From an uncultured bacterium (GTDB taxonomy: Bacteria > Zixibacteria > MSB-5A5 > JAABVY01 > JAHJOQ01), in assembly GCA_965369655.1 (NCBI GenBank), contig CBDUQR010000001.1, forward strand, positions 220,217 through 284,216: a DNA stretch of 64,000 nucleotides, read 5' to 3'. The position numbers and the translations under genes were made by a program. Under the pieces are notes generated by a model. The model had not been told where the DNA came from and did not search any database. It saw only the letters and a program-made list of their open reading frames with translations. How positions within the stretch are numbered: position 1 is the stretch's first letter; every line of letters begins with the position of its first letter. This document shows, in pieces, positions 51,856 through 61,429 of this stretch.

Positions 51856-54249
51856 TCACTGTGCTTGTTTCCGGCGTTTCTTTTTCTCCAGGGCGATTTC
51901 AAAGACCTGGTCGATTGTTTTGACGAACATGAGTTCGAGGTTATCGACGAGTTCCTTCGGAATATCCTGAGTATCCTTGCGATTGGATTCGGGCACAATC
52001 ACAGTCTTTATACCGGCACGGTAAGCACCCAACAGCTTTTCTTTCAATCCTCCGATTGGAAGAACATTACCCCTCAGAGTGATTTCGCCGGTCATCGCAA
52101 TCCTCGGTTTGACCGCTCTGCGTGTCATCAACGATGCCAATGCTGTCGCCATCGTGATTCCGGCGGATGGTCCGTCTTTCGGTACGGCTCCCGCTGGCAC
52201 ATGCACGTGAATATCGCAGGTCTCGAACGCTTCATCCTCAATGCCGAGTCGATCCGCCCTCGACCTGATGAACGATAGAGCAGCCTGCACCGACTCCTTC
52301 ATCACATCACCGAGATGGCCGGTCAGGATAAGTTGCTTCTTGCCCGCCATCTTTGTGGCTTCTATATACAGTACCTCTCCCCCGGCAGAGGTCCATGCGA
52401 GTCCCGCAGCAACTCCGACCTGCCCGACTTTCTCCGCAGACTCGCGCACGAACTTAGCCGGTCCGAGATAGTCGCTCAAATTGCTCTTTGTCACTGTGAC
52501 TTTTTGTTTGAGTCCCTCCGCCACTCTGCGGGCGACCTTGCGACAGACAGCAGCGATCTCCCTGTTCAGGTTCCGAACGCCTGATTCGCGGGTGTAGTCG
52601 TTTATCGTTTTTTTCAGCGCGGCATCTTTCAGTGCGAGATTGGAGCCGGTCAGTCCGTGGTTGTCGAGTTCACGCGGCACCAGATAACGCCGGGCGATCT
52701 GGACTTTCTCGAGATCGGTGTACCCCGGAATCCTGATCACTTCCATCCTGTCGCGGAGAACATCCGGGATCGTGTCGAGGATATTAGCGGTAGTGATGAA
52801 GAACACTCTCGACAGATCAAAAGGCACATCGAGGTAGTGATCGGAGAACGAGTTGTTCTGCTCGGGATCGAGCACCTCCAACAGAGCCGATGAAGGGTCT
52901 CCCCTGAAGTCCTTGCCGACCTTGTCGATCTCGTCGAGCATGAAGACCGGGTTGTTTGAACCGGCACGTTTGATGCCTTGTATGATTCTGCCGGGCATCG
53001 ACCCGATGTATGTTCGCCTATGCCCCCTGATTTCGGCTTCATCGTGCATACCGCCGAGAGCTATTCGCTGGAACTTGCGCCCCATCGCCCTCGCGATGGA
53101 CTGCCCAAGCGAGGTCTTGCCGACTCCAGGGGGGCCTACAAAACAAAGGATGGGACCCTTGACATCCGGCTTCAATTTCCGAACGGCGAGGTATTCAAGA
53201 ATTCTCTCTTTGACCTTCTCCAGATCGTAGTGATCCTCATTGAGGATTTTCTCGGCGCGCTTAATGTCGAGATCGTCTTCGGCTGAGACAGACCAGGGCA
53301 GAATCACCATCCATTCGAGATATGTCCGCGAGACGGTGTACTCGGCGGATGACGGGTTCATTCGCGACAGCCTATCGAGTTCCTTCAGGGCAGTCTCTTC
53401 TGCAACCGGACCCATCTTGGCCTCGGCGATCTTCTGCTTGAATTCCTCGACCTCGGCGGTGCGATCGTCCGTTTCTCCGAGTTCGCGCTGGATTGCTTTC
53501 AGTTGTTCCCTGAGTATATAATCGCGCTGTGATTTCCCCATCTCGGTTGCAGCATCGGTCTGTATTTTCCTGGACAACTCGAGCACTTCGTGCTCTTTAA
53601 TCAGGTATCCGTGAATCCTTTCGAGTCTCTGCTTCACATCCAGTGTTTCTAGCAGTTCCTGCCGCTCCTCGATCGAGATGTTGAGATTCGTGGCGATATA
53701 ATCAGCCAGTTTCGATGGGCCGTCCTGATTCAATGCGGAGATGTGAACCTCGTCGGAGAGATTCGGCGCAAGTTCGACAACCTGCTTGAGAATGTCGAGG
53801 ATGTTTCTCGTCAGCGCTTCGATTTCCAGGTCAACGCTGGTATCTTCCTCGATAATCTCTATCTCGGCTTCGAGGTGTGGCGACGTCGAAATGAATGATT
53901 CGATGCGGAATCGCGCTAGTCCCTGCACAAGGAACCGGACGCTGCCGTCTGGAAAACGCAGCATCTTCAGAATGCTCGCCGATGTTCCGACCCGGTAGAC
54001 CTGATCGGGTCCGACCTCGTCATGATCACCCGGCTTCTGAGCAACCAGTCCGATAGTCTTCCCCGCCATCAGGGCATCATCGACGAATCGCGCGTTCTTC
54101 TGATCCGTTATCATCAGCGGAACTATGACATAAGGAAACACCACCATCCCCTTGAGGGGAAGAATGGGTATCGACTGCGCACCGGCATCGCCGGAATTCC
54201 CGACCTCTTCCTTAAGTTGCGAATCTATCACAGAGAAATCCTCCTTCAT
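51856..54249 (-). CDS. lon: ATP-dependent Lon protease
   Basis: GPPGVGKTS, PKDGPSAG, IGGLKEK. Confidence 0.97.
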   Translation of the reverse strand: MKEDFSVIDSQLKEEVGNSGDAGAQSIPILPLKGMVVFPYVIVPLMITDQKNARFVDDALMAGKTIGLVAQKPGDHDEVGPDQVYRVGTSASILKMLRFPDGSVRFLVQGLARFRIESFISTSPHLEAEIEIIEEDTSVDLEIEALTRNILDILKQVVELAPNLSDEVHISALNQDGPSKLADYIATNLNISIEERQELLETLDVKQRLERIHGYLIKEHEVLELSRKIQTDAATEMGKSQRDYILREQLKAIQRELGETDDRTAEVEEFKQKIAEAKMGPVAEETALKELDRLSRMNPSSAEYTVSRTYLEWMVILPWSVSAEDDLDIKRAEKILNEDHYDLEKVKERILEYLAVRKLKPDVKGPILCFVGPPGVGKTSLGQSIARAMGRKFQRIALGGMHDEAEIRGHRRTYIGSMPGRIIQGIKRAGSNNPVFMLDEIDKVGKDFRGDPSSALLEVLDPEQNNSFSDHYLDVPFDLSRVFFITTANILDTIPDVLRDRMEVIRIPGYTDLEKVQIARRYLVPRELDNHGLTGSNLALKDAALKKTINDYTRESGVRNLNREIAAVCRKVARRVAEGLKQKVTVTKSNLSDYLGPAKFVRESAEKVGQVGVAAGLAWTSAGGEVLYIEATKMAGKKQLILTGHLGDVMKESVQAALSFIRSRADRLGIEDEAFETCDIHVHVPAGAVPKDGPSAGITMATALASLMTRRAVKPRIAMTGEITLRGNVLPIGGLKEKLLGAYRAGIKTVIVPESNRKDTQDIPKELVDNLELMFVKTIDQVFEIALEKKKRRKQAQ

Positions 54250-54470
54250 CCACTCATCAATGCTCCGTGTCGGCGTGATGCAATCGGGACATCACAGCCG
54301 TTCTCGTAAGTCGAGGTTTCACTTAGTATTATCGTAGTACTCACTCGCTTTCTTCAGCGCTCAAACGAGATCGCCGCCTCGACATGCCGCAGATATCCCG
54401 AATCTCACAAGAAATCCTTCTGGGTTGTCAATGCCAGTAAGACCTCGATGTCGGATTATCCGCAAGGCGA

Positions 54471-55283
54471 TCAGAATATCTCCATATCCTGGATGATCTG
54501 GTTGAGTTGCTGGACCTGCTCCCGGGCTTTCTCTGCGAAATCGAGACCGTCGGATGCGTAGATCACACCACGAGAGGAATTGATCACCACAAGGCTCTCG
54601 CCGTCGTTCGACCCGTATTTCACTGCAGCTTCGAGATCTCCCCCCTGTGCTCCGACTCCGGGGATAAGGAACGGCAGATTGCCAGAAATCGCTCTAACCT
54701 CTTTGATCTTTTGTGGATACGATGCTCCCACCACGATCCCCACGTTGTCGTTTCTGTTCCATCGGAGCACCGCTTCTGCAACATGGGCATAGAGTGGCTT
54801 GCCGTCGATCTCACGAAACTGGAAGTCCTGTGCTCCGGCATTAGATGTCACACAGAGCACGAAAGAGAATTTGTCTTTGTACTCCAGAAATGGCATTAGT
54901 GAGTCCTCACCCAGATATGGTGAGAGTGTCACTGCGTCTGCACCGAGGTTCTCGAACACAGCTTTGGCGTACATCGCAGATGTATTGCCGATGTCACCTC
55001 GCTTGGCATCTAAGATAACCGGCACCGTTTTGGGGACCGATTCAATCGTCTTCTTGAGTATCTCCCAGCCCTGAGCACCAAGTTTCTCATAGAACGCCAT
55101 GTTCGGCTTGTAGCAACAGACAAGGTCGGAGGTAGCCTCTATGATCTGGCGATTGAACTCGAGGATCGGATCATCGAGTTGTCTCAGATGGTGAGGAATC
55201 TTCTCGATATCAGTATCGAGGCCGACACAGATGACAGTTTTTCTGTCGATAGTCAGTTCGGCGAGTCGTTCCTTGAATCGCAT
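54471..55283 (-). CDS. pyrF: Orotidine-5'-phosphate decarboxylase
   Basis: CVGLD, DAKRGDIGNT, PGVGAQGG, NSSR. Confidence 0.95.
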   Translation of the reverse strand: MRFKERLAELTIDRKTVICVGLDTDIEKIPHHLRQLDDPILEFNRQIIEATSDLVCCYKPNMAFYEKLGAQGWEILKKTIESVPKTVPVILDAKRGDIGNTSAMYAKAVFENLGADAVTLSPYLGEDSLMPFLEYKDKFSFVLCVTSNAGAQDFQFREIDGKPLYAHVAEAVLRWNRNDNVGIVVGASYPQKIKEVRAISGNLPFLIPGVGAQGGDLEAAVKYGSNDGESLVVINSSRGVIYASDGLDFAEKAREQVQQLNQIIQDMEIF

Positions 55284-55284
55284 G

Positions 55285-56202
55285 TTAGTCCTTAAGTCTC
55301 CCGACAAGGTCGGTTATTTTGGGTATGCGCATTTCGCGCAGGTAATCCCTGAGTCCTTCGACGGCATCTACGGTGCAGTTCGGATTGACGAAATTAGCTG
55401 TCCCAAACTGGACGGCGGTCGCACCTGCGATGAAAAACTGGGCAACATCGAAATGATCCATGATGCCGCCTATTCCAATTATCGGGATTCTCACCCGCCG
55501 ATACACCTTCATTACGCATGCGAGCGCGACCGGTTTGATAGCAGGTCCCGAAAGACCGCCGGTCGTGTTGGTCAACATCGGTTCAAACGTGTAATGATTG
55601 ATTGCCATCCCGACGAGCGTGTTTATCAACGAGAGAGCGTCAGCGCCGGCATCTTCGCATGCTGCCGCGATTGACGCGATATTCGTGACATTCGGTGAGA
55701 GTTTGATAATCAATGGGTACCGTGAGATTTTCTTCAACTCCGCAGTCAGTTTGTGGGCGGAAGTCTCAGAGCTCGAGAACTCGAGGCCATCCGCTCCGAC
55801 ATTCGGACAGGAAATGTTTATCTCAAGCATCGAGATTCCGTCAGTATCGTTGAGCCTTCGCACGACATCGACATACTCATCGAGCGAGAATCCGGCGACA
55901 TTGACTATGACGTTCGTGTCAAGGGTTCGCAGGAACGGTATTTTCTCTTCGATGAACCGTTCGATTCCGACGTTTGCGAGGCCGATGGCATTGAGCATGC
56001 CACTCGAGGTCTCGAATGTCCGAGGCGGCTTGTGTCCCGGGCGTGGATACCTTGTGACCGACTTGGTGACTATGCCGCCAATACGTGATAGATCAATATA
56101 CTCGTCGAATTCCTCACCGTAGCCGAATGTCCCGGAGGCGGTCAGGATCGGGTTGCGGAATCTGACGCCCGCTATTTCTACAGACAGGTCCACGTCGTTC
56201 AA
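55285..56202 (-). CDS. pyrD: Dihydroorotate dehydrogenase B, catalytic subunit
   Basis: ASGTFGYG, NISCPN, KLSPN, GGLSGPAIKP. Confidence 0.95.
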   Translation of the reverse strand: MNDVDLSVEIAGVRFRNPILTASGTFGYGEEFDEYIDLSRIGGIVTKSVTRYPRPGHKPPRTFETSSGMLNAIGLANVGIERFIEEKIPFLRTLDTNVIVNVAGFSLDEYVDVVRRLNDTDGISMLEINISCPNVGADGLEFSSSETSAHKLTAELKKISRYPLIIKLSPNVTNIASIAAACEDAGADALSLINTLVGMAINHYTFEPMLTNTTGGLSGPAIKPVALACVMKVYRRVRIPIIGIGGIMDHFDVAQFFIAGATAVQFGTANFVNPNCTVDAVEGLRDYLREMRIPKITDLVGRLKD

Positions 56203-56996
56203 ATTACCACCTCATCGCTGTTGAACACAGGGCCTTCCTTGCAGATTCTCCTGAACTCTGTATCGCTTTCTGATGACTGAACCACGCATCCGAGACATGT
56301 TCCGATACCGCATGGCATGTGGCCTTCGAGAGAGACCTGACAGCGCACACCTCGACTCCTGCACAGTTCCGAAACGGCGCGCAGCATGTTGTCGGGACCG
56401 CATGAATAGACCCGTGTATTCTCGATGTCAGCCTTGTCCAGTTCTTCAGCGAGCAGATCGGTGATGAATCCTCTGTGTCCCATACACCCGTCGTCGCTCG
56501 AAATCCTGCATCGTACGCCGAGCGATTCGGCATCATGAACGAGCGGTGAATCGGCAGAGGATGAAATCCCACACAGGAACAAAATGCTATCATCAGCAAA
56601 GTTATGGCTGTCAATCAGGCGCCTTGTGAAAAAATGCAGCGGAGGCAGTCCGGTACCGCCGGAAACCATGATGACTCGCTCGCCCGACAGTGGTTGCTCA
56701 AAACCGTTTCCGAGTGGTCCGAGAATATCGATAGTCTCCCCTTCTCGAACCTGAGATAAAATCCTGGTGCCTTTGCCGACTACTCTGAAGAATATCGTGA
56801 ACGTATCCCCGTCGCAATCGTGAATGCTCATAGCTCTGCGGAACAGTGGATCGTAGTGCCTGGAGACCCTGATATGTACGAAATTGCCCGGTATGAGCCG
56901 CAACGCGATCTCTTTCGACCTGAATTTCTCCTTGACCAGATCACCGCCGAGAATCTGTTTTTCAATCAACTCGACGCTACTGTGTTGAATTATCAT
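56199..56996 (-). CDS. pyrK: Dihydroorotate dehydrogenase electron-transfer subunit
   Basis: GPLGNGF, GGTG, CGP, CGIGTCLGC..C.EGPVF. Start refined to ATG 56996, which overlaps the upstream stop. Confidence 0.93.
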   Translation of the reverse strand: MIIQHSSVELIEKQILGGDLVKEKFRSKEIALRLIPGNFVHIRVSRHYDPLFRRAMSIHDCDGDTFTIFFRVVGKGTRILSQVREGETIDILGPLGNGFEQPLSGERVIMVSGGTGLPPLHFFTRRLIDSHNFADDSILFLCGISSSADSPLVHDAESLGVRCRISSDDGCMGHRGFITDLLAEELDKADIENTRVYSCGPDNMLRAVSELCRSRGVRCQVSLEGHMPCGIGTCLGCVVQSSESDTEFRRICKEGPVFNSDEVVI

Positions 56997-59095
56997 TCTC
57001 TGCTTCTGCTGCTCCGAAGCTCTTCCGGCAGCCGTATGAAATACCGGTAGAGGAGCCACTTTCCGTAATTGATGGGGTCGATGTCGGCCGGATTGAAATA
57101 TGTTTCCTTGAGTGTTTCTGTAGCGGCAAAGTCCATGTCTTTAATACTCGAACCACGAAGGATTACCCAGTCCGTCACCTTGCCGGTGAAGTCGATCAAT
57201 ATCTTGAATTTGATCTCACCTTCCCACATTTCGTCATATGCTGAAATAGGATATGTGAACTCACCTGTCGAAGTCGGATGATCCGGAGCAGGAAAGAGTT
57301 CAGCGATTTCCGCTTCGATAGCCTGGTTTATCGAATCCAAATATGCAATCGAGTCGAACTCTGCCTCGGCAAACTCGACATCTTCTGGAGTTTCACCCTG
57401 CTTCTGATCCGGGTCCTTCTTCACAACGCCATGACCATGCAATAGATTGCTGGCGGCATCGGCATACTTCGTGTCCTCGTAAGTATCCACGATTTGCTGG
57501 AAAGCGAGGATGTATGTCGAATCGATTATCAATTCGCCCGAGTCGCCTGAATCGGGGTCTGCGATATTCTGGTATCTCGACAGAGACCAGGCCAGAGCCC
57601 AGTCAGCCTTGGCTGCATACTCACTCTCCGGGAAATCGCTGACAATCGATTCGAATATCTCTTTTGCGGCACGATACTCTCCGTCTTCGATCAGCAGCTT
57701 TTCCGCCTTGATATACCTTCGAGCGGGGTAATCATAATCAGTCGAATCGAGTGGAATTGAGAGTCGTTCAAGTATCTGGGGAATGTAATCAGAATTCGGG
57801 TATCTTTCAAGAAACCTGTCATAGTATGCGAGAGCTTCGGTAGAATCGAAGTAAATATTGTCATAGATCCACCCGAGCGCGATCAACGCCTGTGGGGCAT
57901 ACCTGCTTTCGGGGAAACTGTCCACGAGCGCCTGATATTCGACTATCGCAGAATCGGGCTCATGCAAATGCGTCAGGAAAAGTTCCGCCAGCAGATACTG
58001 ACTCTCAATCGCTTCCTCCACAGCCTCTGCGGATTTTCCCGCCCTGTATGAATCGAGGTTTGCGATATCGGCGGATCTTGCGAAAGCATCACTACTGACC
58101 GACGAATTGCGTTTAATTGTGGTGGAAGAGTCGTACATAGCCTTGGCAGTCTCGAGATCAAGGAATTGCTCCTGATACGTGGTGCCGAGATGATAGAATG
58201 CGACTGCCGTCTGTTCCAGCCTCGGATATTCCTCTATCAATTTTCTGTATGTCTCGATTGAGGAATCGAAACTGCCGGATAGTCTCTCACCATCGGCGAT
58301 CTGGAGGTAGAGGTCCGGCATGTAAACAAAATTCTTTTCATCTTCCGCAAGCTCTCGGAATAATGTCAATCCGCTGTCATATTGCTCAACCTGGTAGAAG
58401 CAGTCACCGGCATTGAATCGTGAGCGGAACTTGAGTGAGTCTTCAGCATCCAAATCGATGACTCGCAAGTACTCTGTTCTTGCACTGTCGTATTGCTCGA
58501 TAGTGTAGAATGAGTTTGCGATCCTGAACTGTGTCTGGGCGGCGAGATCGTCATCACCGTGCGCTTCGAGGTACTCCCTGAACACAGGTATTGCACGCTC
58601 GTACTCCTCCTGCACATAGAGGATATCACCGAGCATAAACATCGATTCAGACCTGATATTCTTGTCGGTACTCGATGTGTCGAGCCGTTCAAATACCTCT
58701 CGAGCGCCGACATAGTCCTCCTGCCAGAAATGGGATTTCCCGAGATAGAAAATCGCTTCCTCGGAGTATTTGGATTCCGGGTAGGTCGCGAGAAGCTCGC
58801 GGAACTTGGTCTCTGCCTTGCTGAATTCTCCCGTATGATAGAACGACCGTCCGATCATGTACAGTGCATCATCGACGTATTTGCTATCCAGATGAAATTC
58901 GAGAATCGCAGAGGCTTTCTCGATCGTCTTCTGATACTTGCTTACTGCTCCGCCCCTTGCGATTTCCTGGCCAGCTTTTTTCCTGATCTGCTCAGCCTCT
59001 TTGAAGTTCTGTTTGGCGAGGAAAAACGTATTGTAGTAGACGCACCCGCAGAGTAAGCAAACGAGCAGCGATGCAGCTATCTTAAATCTTGTCAT
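56993..59095 (-). CDS. TPR-repeat lipoprotein with C-terminal TonB_C-like domain
   Basis: LLCGC lipobox followed by YYNTF, many TPR/YfiO-like repeats (YPES.YA), C-terminal YP..A....EG.....ID..GKV....I..SS....D.AA. Confidence 0.75.
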   Translation of the reverse strand: MTRFKIAASLLVCLLCGCVYYNTFFLAKQNFKEAEQIRKKAGQEIARGGAVSKYQKTIEKASAILEFHLDSKYVDDALYMIGRSFYHTGEFSKAETKFRELLATYPESKYSEEAIFYLGKSHFWQEDYVGAREVFERLDTSSTDKNIRSESMFMLGDILYVQEEYERAIPVFREYLEAHGDDDLAAQTQFRIANSFYTIEQYDSARTEYLRVIDLDAEDSLKFRSRFNAGDCFYQVEQYDSGLTLFRELAEDEKNFVYMPDLYLQIADGERLSGSFDSSIETYRKLIEEYPRLEQTAVAFYHLGTTYQEQFLDLETAKAMYDSSTTIKRNSSVSSDAFARSADIANLDSYRAGKSAEAVEEAIESQYLLAELFLTHLHEPDSAIVEYQALVDSFPESRYAPQALIALGWIYDNIYFDSTEALAYYDRFLERYPNSDYIPQILERLSIPLDSTDYDYPARRYIKAEKLLIEDGEYRAAKEIFESIVSDFPESEYAAKADWALAWSLSRYQNIADPDSGDSGELIIDSTYILAFQQIVDTYEDTKYADAASNLLHGHGVVKKDPDQKQGETPEDVEFAEAEFDSIAYLDSINQAIEAEIAELFPAPDHPTSTGEFTYPISAYDEMWEGEIKFKILIDFTGKVTDWVILRGSSIKDMDFAATETLKETYFNPADIDPINYGKWLLYRYFIRLPEELRSSRSRE

Positions 59096-59996
59096 TTTGA
59101 TACCAGCCATTTTCAAGTTCAAACTCCTTCATCCAGTCAACAGCGCTTTGATATTCTTCAGCGGTGATCTGTCTCGACAGACTATCGTATTTATGTGCTC
59201 GGTGAGCCGGGAAATATTGCGACATGAGACTGATCGAGCACTCCCTCGAAATCTCCTCGGCGATGAACCTGAAAGTTTCTCTCGTACCTGAGATATTCTC
59301 AGGGAGTACCAGATGCCGGATGATCAATCCCCGTTCTGCAATACCGTTGCTATCGGTTCTGAGCAATCCTACCTGCCTGAACATCTCTCGGATTGCTGCA
59401 CGATTGATATTTGGGTAATCGTCCACTTTCGAGTATCGCTTCGATTCGGCGGGATCAGAATACCTCATATCGGGCAGGTAGATGTCCACAAGCCCATCGA
59501 TCTCTCTGAGAATATCGACAGAATCATATCCGGATGAATTCCAGACGATTGGGACGGCGAGTCCTTTCGCCTTTGCATCGATTATCGCCATGGCGATCTG
59601 TGCCGAGAAGTGAGTCGGAGTGACGAAGTTGATGTTGTGCGCGCCGCGATTTTCGAGTTCGAGCATCGTTGCGACGAGTTCGTCGTGAGTCAGTACGCTC
59701 CCATGTCGAAGCTGGCTTATCGGGTAGTTCTGGCAGTAGACACAACCGAGGTTGCATCCCGTGAGAAAAATGGTGCCCGATCCGTTTGTCCCGGAAAGCG
59801 GCGGTTCCTCGCCGAAATGGAGATTGGCGGATGAGACTCTGACGGAGGCATCCATTCCGCATGTTCCGAGTTCGCCTGCGGTCCGGTCGACACGGCATTT
59901 TCGCGGGCAGAGATCACAATCTGAAAGTCTTTTCATAAGAGTCTCTGCTCTCACTTGCGCTCCACTCATGTACGGTGATACTGCTGGGTTGATCAT
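59082..59996 (-). CDS. Radical SAM protein (PflX-like)
   Basis: C.LCPRKC, HFGEEP, GCNLGCVYCQN, RHLVLP. Confidence 0.9.
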   Translation of the reverse strand: MINPAVSPYMSGAQVRAETLMKRLSDCDLCPRKCRVDRTAGELGTCGMDASVRVSSANLHFGEEPPLSGTNGSGTIFLTGCNLGCVYCQNYPISQLRHGSVLTHDELVATMLELENRGAHNINFVTPTHFSAQIAMAIIDAKAKGLAVPIVWNSSGYDSVDILREIDGLVDIYLPDMRYSDPAESKRYSKVDDYPNINRAAIREMFRQVGLLRTDSNGIAERGLIIRHLVLPENISGTRETFRFIAEEISRECSISLMSQYFPAHRAHKYDSLSRQITAEEYQSAVDWMKEFELENGWYQNDKI

Positions 59997-60724
59997 TCTA
60001 ACCCGCACTCCCTGATAATGACAGGCAGGACCTCGCCCGATTTCCCTTGCAGGAACTCGTCAGCGTGTGAGGACAGAACGGTTGGTTCGACATTGATCTC
60101 CACAAGGTATGCACCTCTGTTCTTTGCCATCACAGGAAGAGACGCCGCCGGTTGAACGAGAGCAGAAGTCCCGATCGACAGGAATACCGACGCGTTTTCT
60201 GCGGCCAGATAAGCCTGATGGATCACGTCCTGCGGCAGCATTTCGCCGAACCACACGACATCGGGACGGATGAGCCCGCCACATTCGCATTCCGGTACCT
60301 CTTCCGAATCCGGCAGAGTCTCATACTTTCTGCTGCACTTTATACATTTATTGCGGACAATGTTGCCGTGCAATTCGAGTATATTGCGGCTGCCCGCGCG
60401 CCTGTGAAGATCGTCGACATTCTGAGTTATAAGAGTGAAATCAGAGAGCCGCTCCTCCATCCGAACCAGGCTGAAATGACCCTGATTCGGTTCGACCTTC
60501 CCGATTATCTCGCGGCGGTACTGATACCAGTTCCAGACCAGGTCTGGGTTTGCGAGGAATGCATCGACATTGGCGAGTTCTTCTGGTTTGAACTTCTTCC
60601 ACAGCCCTTCATCACCCCGAAATGTGGGGACTCCGCTTTCTGCCGATACGCCCGCACCGGTAAGGACAGCCACCGGCAGGTCGGCGGCGAGCAATTCCCT
60701 GAGCTTCTTGGAAATCTCAAACAT
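59993..60724 (-). CDS. cobB: NAD-dependent protein deacylase (class III sirtuin)
   Basis: GAGVSAESGVPTFRG, TQNVD.LH, HG, RPDVVWFGE, GTS. Confidence 0.93.
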   Translation of the reverse strand: MFEISKKLRELLAADLPVAVLTGAGVSAESGVPTFRGDEGLWKKFKPEELANVDAFLANPDLVWNWYQYRREIIGKVEPNQGHFSLVRMEERLSDFTLITQNVDDLHRRAGSRNILELHGNIVRNKCIKCSRKYETLPDSEEVPECECGGLIRPDVVWFGEMLPQDVIHQAYLAAENASVFLSIGTSALVQPAASLPVMAKNRGAYLVEINVEPTVLSSHADEFLQGKSGEVLPVIIRECGLE

Positions 60725-60814
60725 CTATTTGATAAATAATGCACAAGAGCTACTTCAGGTCAAGCCATTAACGCATTTTGATTCTGCAACTTATTTTGTG
60801 TAATTGGTAGCTGA

Positions 60815-60935
60815 GCAGGGAAGAACCCGAAGCGAAGCGGAGTGGTTCTGCCATTTGCCCTGTCAGGAGCGCCCTTCGCCAGACTCAGGACATGCCCTTC
60901 GCAGTGCTCAGGACTTCGCGGGGCTCCTGACCTGC
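60815..60935. repeat. GTAG-type REP copy plus a second palindrome with nested tandem inserts
   Basis: GCAGGGAAGAACCCG..GCGGAGTGGTTCTGCCAT, then GTCAGGAGC[..two GCCCTTCGC-n4/5-CTCAGGAC units..]GCTCCTGAC. Confidence 0.65.
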
Positions 60936-60938
60936 GGC

Positions 60939-61107
60939 ACTGAGATTGCCACGCTTCGCTCGCAATGACGGAATCTCCGGGCATCATCGCTCGAAATGAG
61001 GAATCTCCCACCGTGATCGCTCTCAATGACGATGCACACGGACATTATCCCTTGCTGTGACAACGTAAATCGCGTCATCGCGAGGAGCAGCAGCGACGTG
61101 GCGATCT
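60939..61107. repeat. CGTC-type REP doublet (A + inverted B), downstream flank of GIY-YIG
   Basis: A at 60939-60970 is ACTGAGATTGCCACGCTTCGCTCGCAATGACG. B at 61072-61107 is GCGTCATCGCGAGGAGCAGCAGCGACGTGGCGATCT. Confidence 0.8.
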
Positions 61108-61115
61108 CAGGGTTG

Positions 61116-61403
61116 TCACAATTCGTCGTAGAGGTCTCCCCATTCTGGATTCATACCATTCACCAGATCGACTTTCTTCTGTCTGTTACCCTTCTTTACC
61201 TGCTTCTCGCGTATAATAGCGTTACGAATATCATCGAGAACTTCGTAGTAGACTAATTTCTTGACATTGTATTTTGCGGTGAATCCAGGAGCAAGGCCGT
61301 GTCTATGTTCATAAATCCTACGCTTCAAGTCACTCGTTACTCCGGTATAAAGTACGTGGTTAGATTTGTTTATTAGGATATATACGTAGGATTGTCTTGC
61401 CAT
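61116..61403 (-). CDS. Stand-alone GIY-YIG nuclease-family protein (95 aa)
   Basis: YVYIL..LYTGVTSDLKRRIYEH..GFTAKY..LVYYE..AI.REKQ.K..NPEW.DL. Start refined to ATG 61403 because the upstream extension is repeat DNA. Confidence 0.9.
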   Translation of the reverse strand: MARQSYVYILINKSNHVLYTGVTSDLKRRIYEHRHGLAPGFTAKYNVKKLVYYEVLDDIRNAIIREKQVKKGNRQKKVDLVNGMNPEWGDLYDEL

Positions 61404-61429
61404 GTGATCGTCTCGATGTTTGTCGACAA

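Noticed and set aside
54315-54360. Possible CIRCE element upstream of lon
   Set aside because: Only half-site resemblance, with no TTAGCACTC-N9-GAGTGCTAA.
59993-60724. Sirtuin as an anti-phage SIR2 effector beside the nucleases
   Set aside because: It has canonical CobB motifs with a Zn ribbon and overlaps housekeeping genes.
60760-61026. 88-aa ORF, and the N-terminal extension of the GIY-YIG ORF to 61478
   Set aside because: Translations of REP DNA (VIASEAWQSQ appears in both), not real coding sequence.
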